A program made the translations under genes and the position numbers. From Candidatus Rokuibacteriota bacterium (GTDB lineage Bacteria; Methylomirabilota; Methylomirabilia; Rokubacteriales; CSP1-6), in assembly GCA_016184305.1 (NCBI GenBank), contig JACPCX010000126.1:1-20922 (forward strand): a stretch of DNA of 20,922 nt. The letters run 5' to 3'. Each line of letters opens with the position of its first letter. Within the stretch, counting starts at the first letter, position 1. Positions 1-8,932 of the stretch are shown piece by piece. Under the pieces are notes generated by a model that was not told the DNA's origin, did no database searches, and worked only from the letters and a program-made list of their open reading frames with translations.

Positions 1-2
1 GC

Positions 3-407
3 GATGCGCAGCGCTCGCCCGTGCCCCGGCGGCGCGTGCTCCTGATCGACGATCAGCCGGAGGTCCGTGCCGGGCTGGCGGATCTCCTCACGGCGGACGG
101 GCATGCGGTCATCGAGGCAGGCGATGGCCCCGAGGCGCTGGCACGGCTGAATGCCGGCGAGTGGGTCGACCTGGTGCTCACGGACCTCGGCATGCCCGGG
201 ATGACGGGCTGGGACGTCGCGCGCGCGATCAAGGCCCGGTGGCCCTGGCTGCCCGTGGGGCTCGTCACCGGGTGGACAAGCGAGGTCGAGGCGGCCTCGG
301 CAGACCACGCCCTGGTGGACTTCGTGCTGGCCAAGCCCCTGGACCGCGAAGCGTTGCGTCAGGCCCTGGCGCCGTCGCCCCGGGGCCACGTGCCCGCTCT
401 CCCGTAG
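3..407 (+). CDS. Response-regulator receiver domain, probably the C-terminus of a hybrid sensor kinase cut by the window edge
   Basis: Motifs VLLIDD, DLVLTDLGMPGMTG, LVTG and LAKP. The frame is open from the window start (DAQRSPVPRR...). Confidence 0.85.
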   Translation, partial: DAQRSPVPRRRVLLIDDQPEVRAGLADLLTADGHAVIEAGDGPEALARLNAGEWVDLVLTDLGMPGMTGWDVARAIKARWPWLPVGLVTGWTSEVEAASADHALVDFVLAKPLDREALRQALAPSPRGHVPALP

Positions 408-469
408 CGCGAAGCGATCCCCAGGCAGATCCCGCATGTGAACTGACCTACGGCGCGGTGGCGCCATGC

Positions 470-955
470 TCAGGTGGCACCTTCGCGCAAGAGCGCCTGG
501 GTGCGGTCACGGACGTCGTCGAGCGTGAAGGGTTTGAGGAGACAGGGGGCGCGAGTGCGCTCGAGAAACTGCTCGGTCTCGGGCTCGAAGGCACTGCCGG
601 TCACGAACAGGATCCGACGGCACAGCGCCGGGTGCGAGCCCTCCAGGGCGGCGTAGAGTCCTGGCCCATCCAGGTTCGGCATCCGCATGTCGCACACAAT
701 GAGATCGTAGGAGCGCTGCTGGATCGTGGCCAGGGCCTGGCGCCCGTCCGCGGCCGAGTCGACCTCATGTCCGCCGGCCGTCAGGATCGCGGTGAGGATC
801 TCCACGATCCAGGGCTCGTCATCCACGACGAGGATGTGTTTCCCGCGGATCGGTTCAGGCGGGGGGCGCGGTTCCACGGGGGTACCGTCAGTCGCCCGCA
901 AGCGCGCGCCGTGCGTCACGGTCGGCCGTGACCCACTGAACGCCGCACTCCTCAA
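470..955 (-). CDS. Stand-alone CheY-like response regulator
   Basis: Motifs [22 protein letters not shown] and LLKPF. Start uncertain; in-frame GTG at 877 is an alternative. Confidence 0.85.
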   Translation of the reverse strand: MRSAAFSGSRPTVTHGARLRATDGTPVEPRPPPEPIRGKHILVVDDEPWIVEILTAILTAGGHEVDSAADGRQALATIQQRSYDLIVCDMRMPNLDGPGLYAALEGSHPALCRRILFVTGSAFEPETEQFLERTRAPCLLKPFTLDDVRDRTQALLREGAT

Positions 956-961
956 GCAGTT

Positions 962-1270
962 CGACGAGGATCATGGCGTCGATGGTATCACCGGACCGAG
1001 CGCTCCGGCTACGAGCACCGCGAGGTGTCCGATCTCGAACGCCTCCTCGAGGAGGCCCGGGGCGCCCGCACCCGCCTGATCGTCACCGACGGCGTCTGCT
1101 CCATGGACGGCGACGTCGCGCCGCTCGCGGGGATCTGCGCGCTGGCGGAGCGACACGACGCGCGGGTCATGGGTGGATGACCGCCATGCCACGGGCTGAC
1201 TCGGCCAACCGGGCGCGGCCCGCCCGAGCACCGCGGGGTCCCCGGGCGCGTGGACATTGAGTTGGACACC
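962..1270 (+). pseudogene. Degenerate internal fragment of an alpha-oxoamine synthase (kbl/bioF family, PLP-dependent)
   Basis: 998-1171 reads [58 protein letters not shown]. After a frameshift it reads [10 protein letters not shown] (TGA 1197-1199), and after a second shift PTGRGPPEHRGVPGRVDI. This matches the family motifs TDGVFSMDGD, VDDSHATG and GRG..EH.G...RVDI. Confidence 0.85.
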
Positions 1271-1363
1271 ACAGGATGACGGTCCGGCCGCCCACCGCCT
1301 CGTGGCGAGCGCCTGCGGGGTGTGCGAACCGGCTCGAAGCGAAAGCGACGGAACGGGCGCCGA

Positions 1364-1376
1364 TGTGTCATACTAT
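1364..1376 (+). promoter_or_regulatory. Possible extended -10 promoter for the rbp-ORF-rpsU cluster
   Basis: TGTGTCATACTAT (TGn-CATACT or TACTAT), an AT-rich patch about 120 nt upstream of the RRM gene. Confidence 0.35.
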
Positions 1377-1497
1377 CCCGGTCTGGCCCGGTCGTCGGCT
1401 CATCGTGGACCCCTCCTCGCCAGACCACATCCCTGGCGCCCCCTTCCGCGTTCCAGGGGGTGTCTTTATCAGCGGGAGATCTACCCGGAGGTACACG

Positions 1498-1827
1498 ATG
1501 GCGCACAAGCTCTTCATCGGAGGCCTGTCGTTCTCCACATCCGACGACCGTCTGCGCGAGCTGTTCGCGCAGGTCGGCGGGGTCGAATCGGCTGCGGTCG
1601 TGATGGACCGCGAGACGGGACGCTCGCGGGGGTTCGGGTTCGTCGAGATGGCGACGGCCGAGGAGGCCGACGCGGCGGTCAAGAAGTACAACGGGCAGGA
1701 AGTGGACGGCCGGACACTCAAGGTCGAGCTCGCGAACTCCGCGGGGTCGGGCGGTGGTCGGGGCGGCGGTGGTCGGGGCGGCGGCTATCGCAGCGGCGGC
1801 GGCGGATCCGGCGGCGGTCGCTGGTAG
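1498..1827 (+). CDS. RRM RNA-binding protein with glycine-rich C-terminal tail
   Basis: RNP2 KLFIGGL, RNP1 RGFGFVEM, Gly/Arg tail ending GGGRW. GGAGG precedes ATG 1498. Confidence 0.95.
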   Translation: MAHKLFIGGLSFSTSDDRLRELFAQVGGVESAAVVMDRETGRSRGFGFVEMATAEEADAAVKKYNGQEVDGRTLKVELANSAGSGGGRGGGGRGGGYRSGGGGSGGGRW

Positions 1828-1840
1828 CCGGGAGCGTCCG

Positions 1841-2056
1841 ATGCAAGTGGTGGCCTTCTCGACGCCGGCGGACCCGTCCTGGCGCTGGCGGATTGTCAAC
1901 TACGCGGGGGAGAGCGTCGCGGAATCGCACGACACCTTCGCGACGATCTCTGCGGCCGTGGCCGGAGGCACGAAGCGCCTCATCGAGATGAACGTCGTGG
2001 ATCGCTCAGAGCCCGTCCGGGCCTACCGGTCAACCTCTCACCTGAGGCACCGCTGA
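1841..2056 (+). CDS. Small hypothetical protein (71 aa), weakly YegP/DUF1508-like
   Basis: MQVVAFSTPADPSWRWRIVNYAGESVAES...; GGGAG upstream of ATG 1841; its stop directly abuts the rpsU start. Confidence 0.7.
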   Translation: MQVVAFSTPADPSWRWRIVNYAGESVAESHDTFATISAAVAGGTKRLIEMNVVDRSEPVRAYRSTSHLRHR

Positions 2057-2260
2057 ATGAGGATCGAGGTCTTCGACAACCAGATCGAGGCCGCGCTCAA
2101 GGCGCTCAAGAAACACATGCTGAAGGACGGCCTCTTTCAGGAGATGAAGCGGCGCGAGCACTACGAGAAGCCGTCGGTCAAGCGGAAGCGCAAGCAGGCG
2201 CAGGCGCGGAAGAAACGGCGGCGGGCGCTGCAGCGCGCTGGCAGTCTGGAACGCGACTGA
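2057..2260 (+). CDS. rpsU: 30S ribosomal protein bS21
   Basis: MRIEVFDNQIEAALKALKK...EMKRREHYEKPSVKRKRK; the HYEKPS motif and basic tail are typical of S21. Confidence 0.95.
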   Translation: MRIEVFDNQIEAALKALKKHMLKDGLFQEMKRREHYEKPSVKRKRKQAQARKKRRRALQRAGSLERD

Positions 2261-2384
2261 TCCCGGGGTGTGATGACGTGGCGCATCAGCGCGCCAGGCC
2301 TGGGCCGACCTCCTGCCCGGATCGTGCACATATCTGCCCCCCGGGCACGGCGCTGAGGACGTAGATCCTCGAGAGGAGACGGCG

Positions 2385-3164
2385 ATGGGGCACGGCTTCG
2401 CATTGTTCGCCGGCACGGCACCCGAGGTCATCCGCGCGTCAGCGCGGGAGGCCGAGGCGCTCGGGTACAGCTCCTTCTGGGTGAACCATCCCGGCGCGAC
2501 CGATGGACTGGTGGCGCTCGCGGTGGCGGCGGGGGAGACACGGCGTCTCGAGATCGGGATCGGGGTGATTCCGCTCCACACGCGCGGACCAGCGAGCATC
2601 GTGCAGGGCGTGCGCGCCAATGCCCTTTCCCTGGACCGTCTTCTCCTCGGGGTGGGAAGCGCGAACCCGGGGGCCCTCAGACGTGTGCGCGAGGGGATCG
2701 CCGAGCTGCGATCCCAGCTTCCGGTGCGCCTCATCGTGGCAGCGCTCGGGCCGCAGATGTGCCGCCTGGCCGGCGAGGTCGCCGACGGGGTGCTCTTCAA
2801 CTGGCTGACTCCCGAGCATGCCCGTCGCTCGGCCGAGTGGGTGCGTGCCGGTGCCGTGGCGGCGGGCCGGCAACCGCCGAAGATCTTCGCGTACGTCCGC
2901 GTCGCCCTCGGGCCTGCCGCATGCGACAGGCTGCTCGAGGAGGGCGCCCGGTATGCGGCGATACCGGCCTACGCGGACCACTTCGGTCGCATGGGGGTGA
3001 AGCCGGTGGAGACGGCTGTCGCCGCAGCGAGTCCGGACGCCCTCACGCTGGGGCTCGGCAAGTGGCAGGGGGCGGTGGACGAGATCGTGCTCCGAGCCAT
3101 CACCGGACAGGACACGGTGGAAGAGAACGTGGCGCTTCTCCGCGCGGCGAAGCCTTCCCACTGA
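2385..3164 (+). CDS. LLM-class (luciferase-like) flavin/F420-dependent oxidoreductase
   Basis: Motifs AREAEALGYSSFW, RLEIGIGVIP, LLGVG and AALGPQMCRLAGEVADGV; SD GAGGAG. Confidence 0.88.
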   Translation: MGHGFALFAGTAPEVIRASAREAEALGYSSFWVNHPGATDGLVALAVAAGETRRLEIGIGVIPLHTRGPASIVQGVRANALSLDRLLLGVGSANPGALRRVREGIAELRSQLPVRLIVAALGPQMCRLAGEVADGVLFNWLTPEHARRSAEWVRAGAVAAGRQPPKIFAYVRVALGPAACDRLLEEGARYAAIPAYADHFGRMGVKPVETAVAAASPDALTLGLGKWQGAVDEIVLRAITGQDTVEENVALLRAAKPSH

Positions 3165-3295
3165 TCAGAGCCGGCCGAACGCCTCGCCGACCACGGTCCG
3201 GGCGAGCGCGGGGTCCACGGCGTTCGCGCGCTGGCAGGGCACGGTCTCGGCGAGGACGCGCTCCGGGTCTTGCCAGAGGGTACAATCCAGACGGG

Positions 3296-3760
3296 ATGCG
3301 GGACTACCACTACCTCGTCGACGGGGACGGGCACATCTTCCACGACGGGACCGAGATCGTCGATCCCGCGGTGCTGCGGTTCTTCCTGCGCGCCATGCGG
3401 CGAAGCGACGACGGACGGTACCTCGTTGTCTGCCAGGGAGAGCGGAACTGGTTCGCGCCGCACGACACGCCGTTCGTCGTGCAGCGGCTGCGGCTCCACG
3501 AGGAGGCCGGCCGGCCGGACGGCGTGGAGCTCCGGTTCGCCGGCGACTACGGGGAGCCGCTCGATCCGCGGAGCCTCGAGGCCGAAGGCGGGCGCCTGTA
3601 CTGCCGGGTGCGACAGGGCGCCTTCCGCGCCCGTTTCGGCCGCGTCGCGATGCAGCAGCTGGCGCCGCTCCTCTCGGACGACGGCGCGGGGCCGACGCTC
3701 CTCCTCGACGGGCGCCGCCATCCGATCCGGGACGTGAGCTGCCGGGCTACGTCTCCCTGA
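3296..3760 (+). CDS. DUF1285-like hypothetical protein
   Basis: MRDYHYLVDGDGHIFHDGTEI...DTPFVV...LYCRVRQGAFRARFGR pattern. TACAAT at 3281-3286 with no SD suggests a very short leader. Confidence 0.7.
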   Translation: MRDYHYLVDGDGHIFHDGTEIVDPAVLRFFLRAMRRSDDGRYLVVCQGERNWFAPHDTPFVVQRLRLHEEAGRPDGVELRFAGDYGEPLDPRSLEAEGGRLYCRVRQGAFRARFGRVAMQQLAPLLSDDGAGPTLLLDGRRHPIRDVSCRATSP

Positions 3761-3777
3761 CCTGCTGGCGCCGCGGG

Positions 3778-4167
3778 CTACCGCCTCATGCTGATCGATC
3801 GGTCGACCGACAGGGGCACTGCCACGAAGGTCCGCTCGCCGTAAGCGACCAGCGGATAGGTCCACTGTACCGTCACGCGCACGCCGTCGGGCGTCTGGGA
3901 GACGGCGACCCCGTCCCTGGTCAAGCCGGTGCCCGGCCGGCTGGAAGCGGCCAGCAGCGTCGCGCGGACGTTGTTGGCGAACTGCTGGCGGGCCTCCGGA
4001 AGCTGCGCGTCAGCGGCAGCCATTCCCCTGGCGGTTGCGTCGGCGGCGATCCGGTTCACCAGGTCACTGGTCTCGAGGTAGCTGGCGATCGCGAACGCCG
4101 CGGTGTAGCCGAGCGTTCCCAGCAGGATCGTGCCGATCGTCCAGGCGGCCAGGGTGCGGTATCTCAT
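3778..4167 (-). CDS. Hypothetical protein with single N-terminal TM/signal segment (possibly DUF4845/pilus-accessory-like)
   Basis: MRYRTLAAWTIGTILLGTLGYTAAFAIASYLE hydrophobic N-terminus and a beta-rich C-terminus (VRVTVQWTYPLV); 40 nt downstream of the GGDEF gene. Confidence 0.6.
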   Translation of the reverse strand: MRYRTLAAWTIGTILLGTLGYTAAFAIASYLETSDLVNRIAADATARGMAAADAQLPEARQQFANNVRATLLAASSRPGTGLTRDGVAVSQTPDGVRVTVQWTYPLVAYGERTFVAVPLSVDRSISMRR

Positions 4168-4207
4168 CGGGGCCCTTTCACGGTCGATGGGGAGGAGACA
4201 ACGATTC

Positions 4208-5458
4208 TCACGCGTTCTCCCCGCCCACCTCGTGCAGCACGGCATGCTGGGCCGGTCCCACGATGCGGTTCCGCCCTCGCCGCTTGGCCTCGTAGAGGCG
4301 GGCATCGGCGGCCGCCAGCACCAGGTGGATCCGCTGCCCGTCGTCCGGCCAGTTGGCCACGCCGATGCTCAGGGTCACCGGAACGGGTTTCCGCGACCGG
4401 TCTCCTGCCGGCAGGACCCCCGCGTCAGCGACGGCGGCGCGGAGTCGTTCCAGCCTGTGCATCACCAGATCAGCGGTGGTCTCGGGCAGGAGCAGCGCGA
4501 ACTCGTCCCCCCCGAAGCGGGCCACCATGTCGCTGGGCCTGAGCGACTCCAGGAACATCCCCGCGACGGCGCGCAGGACGGCATCCCCGGTCGCGTGACC
4601 GCGCGTGTCGTTGATCTGCTTGAAATTGTCGATGTCGATGAGGGCGATGGCCAGGGGGCGGTAGTTGCGGCGGGCCCGGCTGGCCTCGGCCTCGAGCCGC
4701 TCGTCGAAGGCGCGGCGAGTCGCGGCGCCGGAGAGCACGTCGACGGTGGAGATCTGGCGCAGACTCTGGGCGCGCAGCACGATGAGGGCGCTCACCAGGG
4801 CCGCGCCGGCCAGCAGGATCAGGCGCATGCCCTGGGTGCTCCAGTCGAACATGCCCAGCTTGAACGGCGCGTAACGCCCATCGTTGAGGTTCCAGCGGCC
4901 GGCGGTGTAGACGACGATGGTCCCGTACTGCACGACGGCCAACAGGCCGGTGAGGGCGCAGGCCTGGGGGTTGTACCGGAGGCTGGCGCAGCCGATGGCG
5001 AGGAAGTAGAGCTCGAAGAGCGTCCCGCTATTGACCGCGGTGTGGGGCTGGTCCAGCAGGAGGAAAGCCGCCAGGCCGCAGCTGACGAGGGTGACGTCCG
5101 CGGCGCTGCTGCCGAAGCCTTCGAGCCACGGCTGAGGGCGCCGCGACGCGAGAATGTAGACGAGGAAGGCGATGACGAGGGCCACGATGTTGAGGGGCAG
5201 CGTGACCCGCCGGATTTCCGTGGTGGTGCCCGGCAGGATCTGGATCGTGAGCAGGATGCACAGGAGGAGGATCCGGACCCGGGCCACCGCCAGCTCGCCG
5301 GTTGCGCCCAGATCCACGAAGATCGGATCGCGGCCGTTCGCGAGGCTCTCGCGGATCCGAGCGACGAGACCTGGTCGGATGGGGATCGAGCCGTAAGCGG
5401 CGGCTGCGCCCACGGAGGGCCCACCCTGGTTCCGCCCTTTGATCAGCCCGCTCAGCAC
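4208..5458 (-). CDS. Membrane-bound diguanylate cyclase (GGDEF)
   Basis: Several TM helices, then DIDNFKQINDTRGHATGD, I-site RPSD and ARFGGDEF. Start placed at GTG 5458 behind AGGAGG. Confidence 0.93.
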   Translation of the reverse strand: MLSGLIKGRNQGGPSVGAAAAYGSIPIRPGLVARIRESLANGRDPIFVDLGATGELAVARVRILLLCILLTIQILPGTTTEIRRVTLPLNIVALVIAFLVYILASRRPQPWLEGFGSSAADVTLVSCGLAAFLLLDQPHTAVNSGTLFELYFLAIGCASLRYNPQACALTGLLAVVQYGTIVVYTAGRWNLNDGRYAPFKLGMFDWSTQGMRLILLAGAALVSALIVLRAQSLRQISTVDVLSGAATRRAFDERLEAEASRARRNYRPLAIALIDIDNFKQINDTRGHATGDAVLRAVAGMFLESLRPSDMVARFGGDEFALLLPETTADLVMHRLERLRAAVADAGVLPAGDRSRKPVPVTLSIGVANWPDDGQRIHLVLAAADARLYEAKRRGRNRIVGPAQHAVLHEVGGENA

Positions 5459-5546
5459 ATCGCCCTCCTGCTGGTGACCTGACTCCCCGCGGCGCATCTC
5501 CGGCGCCGGGCGGGGGTGGATTCGATACCGAGTTGCTTCAAGAGGA

Positions 5547-5562
5547 AGCAAAGGTCGAGCCA
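5547..5562 (-). promoter_or_regulatory. Sigma54 -24/-12 promoter of the GGDEF gene
   Basis: Minus strand TGGCTCGACCTTTGCT has exact GG-N10-GC spacing and is close to the consensus TGGCACG-N4-TTGCW. Confidence 0.7.
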
Positions 5563-5579
5563 GGCCGTGTGCCTCATGA

Positions 5580-5592
5580 AATCAATAGGTTG
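5580..5592. promoter_or_regulatory. IHF binding site
   Basis: AATCAATAGGTTG is a perfect WATCAANNNNTTR match, just upstream of the sigma54 site. Confidence 0.65.
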
Positions 5593-5615
5593 CAGCTTGA
5601 CAGCCCCTGGGCCCT

Positions 5616-5633
5616 GACAGGAAGCGTCCTGTC
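5616..5633. promoter_or_regulatory. Candidate enhancer (UAS) palindrome for a sigma54 activator
   Basis: GACAGG-N6-CCTGTC inverted repeat; an extra TGACAG at 5598-5603. Confidence 0.4.
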
Positions 5634-5667
5634 GTGTCGGAAAACAAGGAGGCGGGCCGGGGGCAGG

Positions 5668-8031
5668 TCAGCGGGGCCGGGTCTGCAGATATTGCCTGAT
5701 GGCCCGGTACTGGCTCTTGCCGTCGAGACCGGCCTCGGCCAGCACCATGTCGCCATGGCCGCTGCCCAGGAAGTGCCCGTGCTGGAAGGGGTGGAGCGTC
5801 ATGGACCGGCCGAGGTCGGAGCAGATCCAGCGGAACATGGTGGGCAACGTGAAGCCGGTGATGCCCATCGCCTCGAGGGCGCGCTCCTCGGGGAAGATGC
5901 GGCGCTGCGTCGCCTGGGGCAGGAGGTCGAATAGCTCGGCGCTCGCGACGTAGTAGACCCAGGGGTCGAGCCCGTCCTTCTCCAGCAGGGGCAGCGCCTC
6001 CTGCACGAACGCGTAGGTGACCGCGCTCTCCTGCAGCACCACGGTCCCGCCGCCCTGCCCACGGGGCCGGCGCAGAAGGTAGACGCCGGTGACCGCGTCT
6101 GCCGCGGACGCCAGGCCGAGCCGCGCCCGATCGAGGACGGTCTCGCTGGGGCGGGTGACGAAGGGCGCGATGATCGCGGGGCGCCGGGCCAGCGAGGCGG
6201 CGAGCAGCGGCCAGATCTCCTGCGGATCCCACGGCGTCAGCGTGATGGCCGTGCCCCGCGGGAAATTCTCCTGCAGGAGCTGGAGCGGCTGGGGATCGGC
6301 GTGGGTCGGCCCGTCCTCGCCTGTCTTGAGCCCGGCATGGGCGCAGACCACGATCATCGGCCGGTACGGATCTCCGGTGAGCGCCTGCCGTGCCTGGGCG
6401 CCGATGGCGTGCAGCCGCGCGGCGATGTGGCTGAGCGGCGCCATGAACGCGCCGTAGGACGAGCCCACGCCGATATGGTGGCCGAGGGTGGACAGCCCGG
6501 CAAGGATCCCCGACATCCCGTCCTCGCAGATGCCGCCGATGGACAGGATCCGCGCCCCGGGATTCGTCCTGGCATTCCAGTAGCCCTCCGCGAAGCCCGC
6601 TCCCACGGCGCTCACGCTCGTGGAGCTGAGGAGATCGGCGGCGGCGGCGAGGACCGCTCCCCCGGAGGCGCGGTTGTAGTGCCCCAGCGCGCGTCCAAGC
6701 TCGCCACGGAGGGTCGTGACCGTGCCGGGGGTGAGCGCGAGCGCGGAGGGCGTGGCCGGCCCCTTCGCCGCCAGCTCGTAGACGCCTTCCACCCGGGGCG
6801 CACCGGCCCGGGGGCGGCGGCTGCGCGTGTCGAGTCGGTCGCGCGCCGCGGCGAGCCGGGCCGCAAGCGCCTCCACCATGGCGCCGCTCTGCTCGAGGAC
6901 CTTGCGCACGACCGTGAGCGACTCCCAGAAGCATTCCTCGATGACGGCCGCTCCGTCGGGGGCCGACAGGCAGCGCCGCGTGCCGGCCTCGCAACTCGGC
7001 ACCATCAGATCCGCTCTCCCCGTCAGCTCTGCCACCGCCCGGCAGAAACCGTCGGAGCACATCTTGTGGCCGGCGCCATGCGAGGCCTTGCCCTCGACCC
7101 CGTACTGCCAGCCCTTCACCGTGCGGTAGACGACGGCCGTCGGCTGGCCGTTGTCCAGCGCGAGCGCGGCCTGCTGGGCGGCGGCGACCTGGCGGACGTC
7201 CTTCCCGTCGGGCACGACGACAACGTTCCAGTCGTGGAGGTGGAACAGCTCCGCCGGGCTCCATTGCACGTAGTCGCCTGGCTGACCGTCCTCGCGGCAG
7301 ACGCGGTTGGAGTCGATGGAGGCCTGGTTCCAGTCGAGGTGGACGATCGCGTTGTCGAGCGAGGCGGTGCCGGCCGCCGCCAGGGCCTCGGCCACGCGCC
7401 CGGGCGTGAGCCCGCCCTCGCCCTCGACGATGTGGACGCGCGGGGCATCGGCGCCGAAGTAGTCCCGCGCGCCCAAGGCGAGCCCCAGCGAGGAGGCGAC
7501 GCCCACGCCGGAGGCCCCGGTGGAGAGGCGGACGAAGGGGGTGGCCGGGGTCGGGTGGCCGTCGAGGGCCTTGGCTCCGAACGCCTCCACGAGCGGCGTC
7601 CTGACAATGGGGTTGCGGCGGAAACCCAGGAGATCCTCGAGGCGGAGCCGCTGCTTCACGTCCTTCGGCAGCAGGTCGGGAGCGGCGAGCCGGGCGATCT
7701 CGTCGCGGAGCGCCCACATCGCGTAGAGCCCCATGGCCTTGTGCCCGGCCGCGTAGGAGATGATGTCGGCGTCCTCCCGGTCGGGCTGCGCCAGGTCGTA
7801 GTCGAGCGCGTCGAAGAGGAGCGCGGCCACGATGCGTCCGGAGGAGATCGAGCCGCCCGGGTGGCCCGAGGTGGGCACGTAGTTGTAGAGGAGGGCGCAG
7901 AGTGAGCGGTAGACGAGGTCGAGGGTCTCCAGGTGGCCCACGTCTTCGGCGGTCAGCGGCGCGCGCCCGCTCGCAAGGAGATCTCCGACATCCGTGACGG
8001 TGGCGCGCCTCGACCCGAGCTGGAGTGCCAT
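5668..8031 (-). CDS. Transketolase-family ThDP enzyme (single chain, atypical)
   Basis: Motifs SGHPGGSIS, AGHK, LDGHP, STGASGVG, GEG...DWN, GICEDGM and HAGLKTGEDGPTH; SD GGAGG before ATG 8031. Confidence 0.88.
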   Translation of the reverse strand: MALQLGSRRATVTDVGDLLASGRAPLTAEDVGHLETLDLVYRSLCALLYNYVPTSGHPGGSISSGRIVAALLFDALDYDLAQPDREDADIISYAAGHKAMGLYAMWALRDEIARLAAPDLLPKDVKQRLRLEDLLGFRRNPIVRTPLVEAFGAKALDGHPTPATPFVRLSTGASGVGVASSLGLALGARDYFGADAPRVHIVEGEGGLTPGRVAEALAAAGTASLDNAIVHLDWNQASIDSNRVCREDGQPGDYVQWSPAELFHLHDWNVVVVPDGKDVRQVAAAQQAALALDNGQPTAVVYRTVKGWQYGVEGKASHGAGHKMCSDGFCRAVAELTGRADLMVPSCEAGTRRCLSAPDGAAVIEECFWESLTVVRKVLEQSGAMVEALAARLAAARDRLDTRSRRPRAGAPRVEGVYELAAKGPATPSALALTPGTVTTLRGELGRALGHYNRASGGAVLAAAADLLSSTSVSAVGAGFAEGYWNARTNPGARILSIGGICEDGMSGILAGLSTLGHHIGVGSSYGAFMAPLSHIAARLHAIGAQARQALTGDPYRPMIVVCAHAGLKTGEDGPTHADPQPLQLLQENFPRGTAITLTPWDPQEIWPLLAASLARRPAIIAPFVTRPSETVLDRARLGLASAADAVTGVYLLRRPRGQGGGTVVLQESAVTYAFVQEALPLLEKDGLDPWVYYVASAELFDLLPQATQRRIFPEERALEAMGITGFTLPTMFRWICSDLGRSMTLHPFQHGHFLGSGHGDMVLAEAGLDGKSQYRAIRQYLQTRPR

Positions 8032-8205
8032 GGCCTGTCCTCCCTCTCTCGATCTTCCGTCCAAGCGCGCTCCTGCCACAAGCGCCGATTCGTTCCCGGC
8101 CTTAGCCGTACGGACTAGAAACCCCCTCCAGACGACTCATGCGCCAGTCAGGAGGGAAGGCGTAGGGTGGCAGCAGACGCACATCAATAATCCTTGCGAG
8201 GGGGC

Positions 8206-8907
8206 ATGTCGCGAATGAGCTACGAGACCCCGGGATGCGCCTATTGCCCGCCGACCGTGCGGGCCTGTCGACAGGGTGAGTCGGAGAGCCGCGGCCCCGG
8301 CTTCTGCCCCACGAAGGTGGACCAAGACGGGATCGAGCGGGCCTGGGGGCTGTACGAGGACCCCGAGCTCAGGAAGATCGCCCATGCCTCGGCCCTCGTG
8401 GAGAGCGAGGGGTACTGCAAGTGGACGCGGGTCGAGGAGATCTGCCACTTCGCCAGGAAGATGGGCTTCACGAAGATCGGCATCGCGACCTGCATCAGCA
8501 TGGTGGACCTCGCGAAGGTGCTCTCGGGCATCCTCGAGAGCCACGGCTTCCAGGTTGCCTCCGTGGCGTGCAAGAACGGCGGCGTGCCCAAGGAGCGCAT
8601 CGGCCTGAGTGACGAGGAGAAGATCCGCCCGGGCACCTACGAGCCCATGTGCAACCCCATCTCCCAGGCCGCGCTGCTCAACGACGCCGGCTGCGAGCTG
8701 AACGTCGTGCTCGGCCTCTGCATCGGGCACGACAGCCTCTTCTTCCGCCACTCGAAGGGACTGGCTACGACGCTCGTCGCCAAGGATCGCGTGCTCGCCC
8801 ACAACCCCGTCGGCGCCCTCCAGCTTGCCGACACCTACTTCGCGCGCGTCTGGGGCCCGCTCAAACCCGCCACGCCGCCCACGCTGCCCGCCGAGGGGCG
8901 AACGTAG
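8206..8907 (+). CDS. DUF1847 family Cys-rich putative metal-binding protein
   Basis: CAYC...C...FCP, TRVEEI, KIGIATC, MCNPISQA, GLCIGHDSLF and KDRVLAHNP. Start at 8206 or 8215. Confidence 0.9.
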   Translation: MSRMSYETPGCAYCPPTVRACRQGESESRGPGFCPTKVDQDGIERAWGLYEDPELRKIAHASALVESEGYCKWTRVEEICHFARKMGFTKIGIATCISMVDLAKVLSGILESHGFQVASVACKNGGVPKERIGLSDEEKIRPGTYEPMCNPISQAALLNDAGCELNVVLGLCIGHDSLFFRHSKGLATTLVAKDRVLAHNPVGALQLADTYFARVWGPLKPATPPTLPAEGRT

Positions 8908-8932
8908 CGCCGGGGCGCGCGCAGCGGAGCCA

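Noticed and set aside
1745..1824. GGCGGT/GGTCGG short repeats
   Set aside because: They encode the Gly/Arg-rich tail of the RRM protein.
3165..3280. Inverted repeats (CCTCGCCGA/TCGGCGAGG) as ncRNA or terminator
   Set aside because: No U-tract or recognisable RNA motif, and compatible with chance in very GC-rich DNA.
8100..8170. TPP riboswitch next to the transketolase (GCGTAGGG present)
   Set aside because: The CTGAGA and ACCTGA core motifs are absent, and the match is on the wrong strand for the transketolase.
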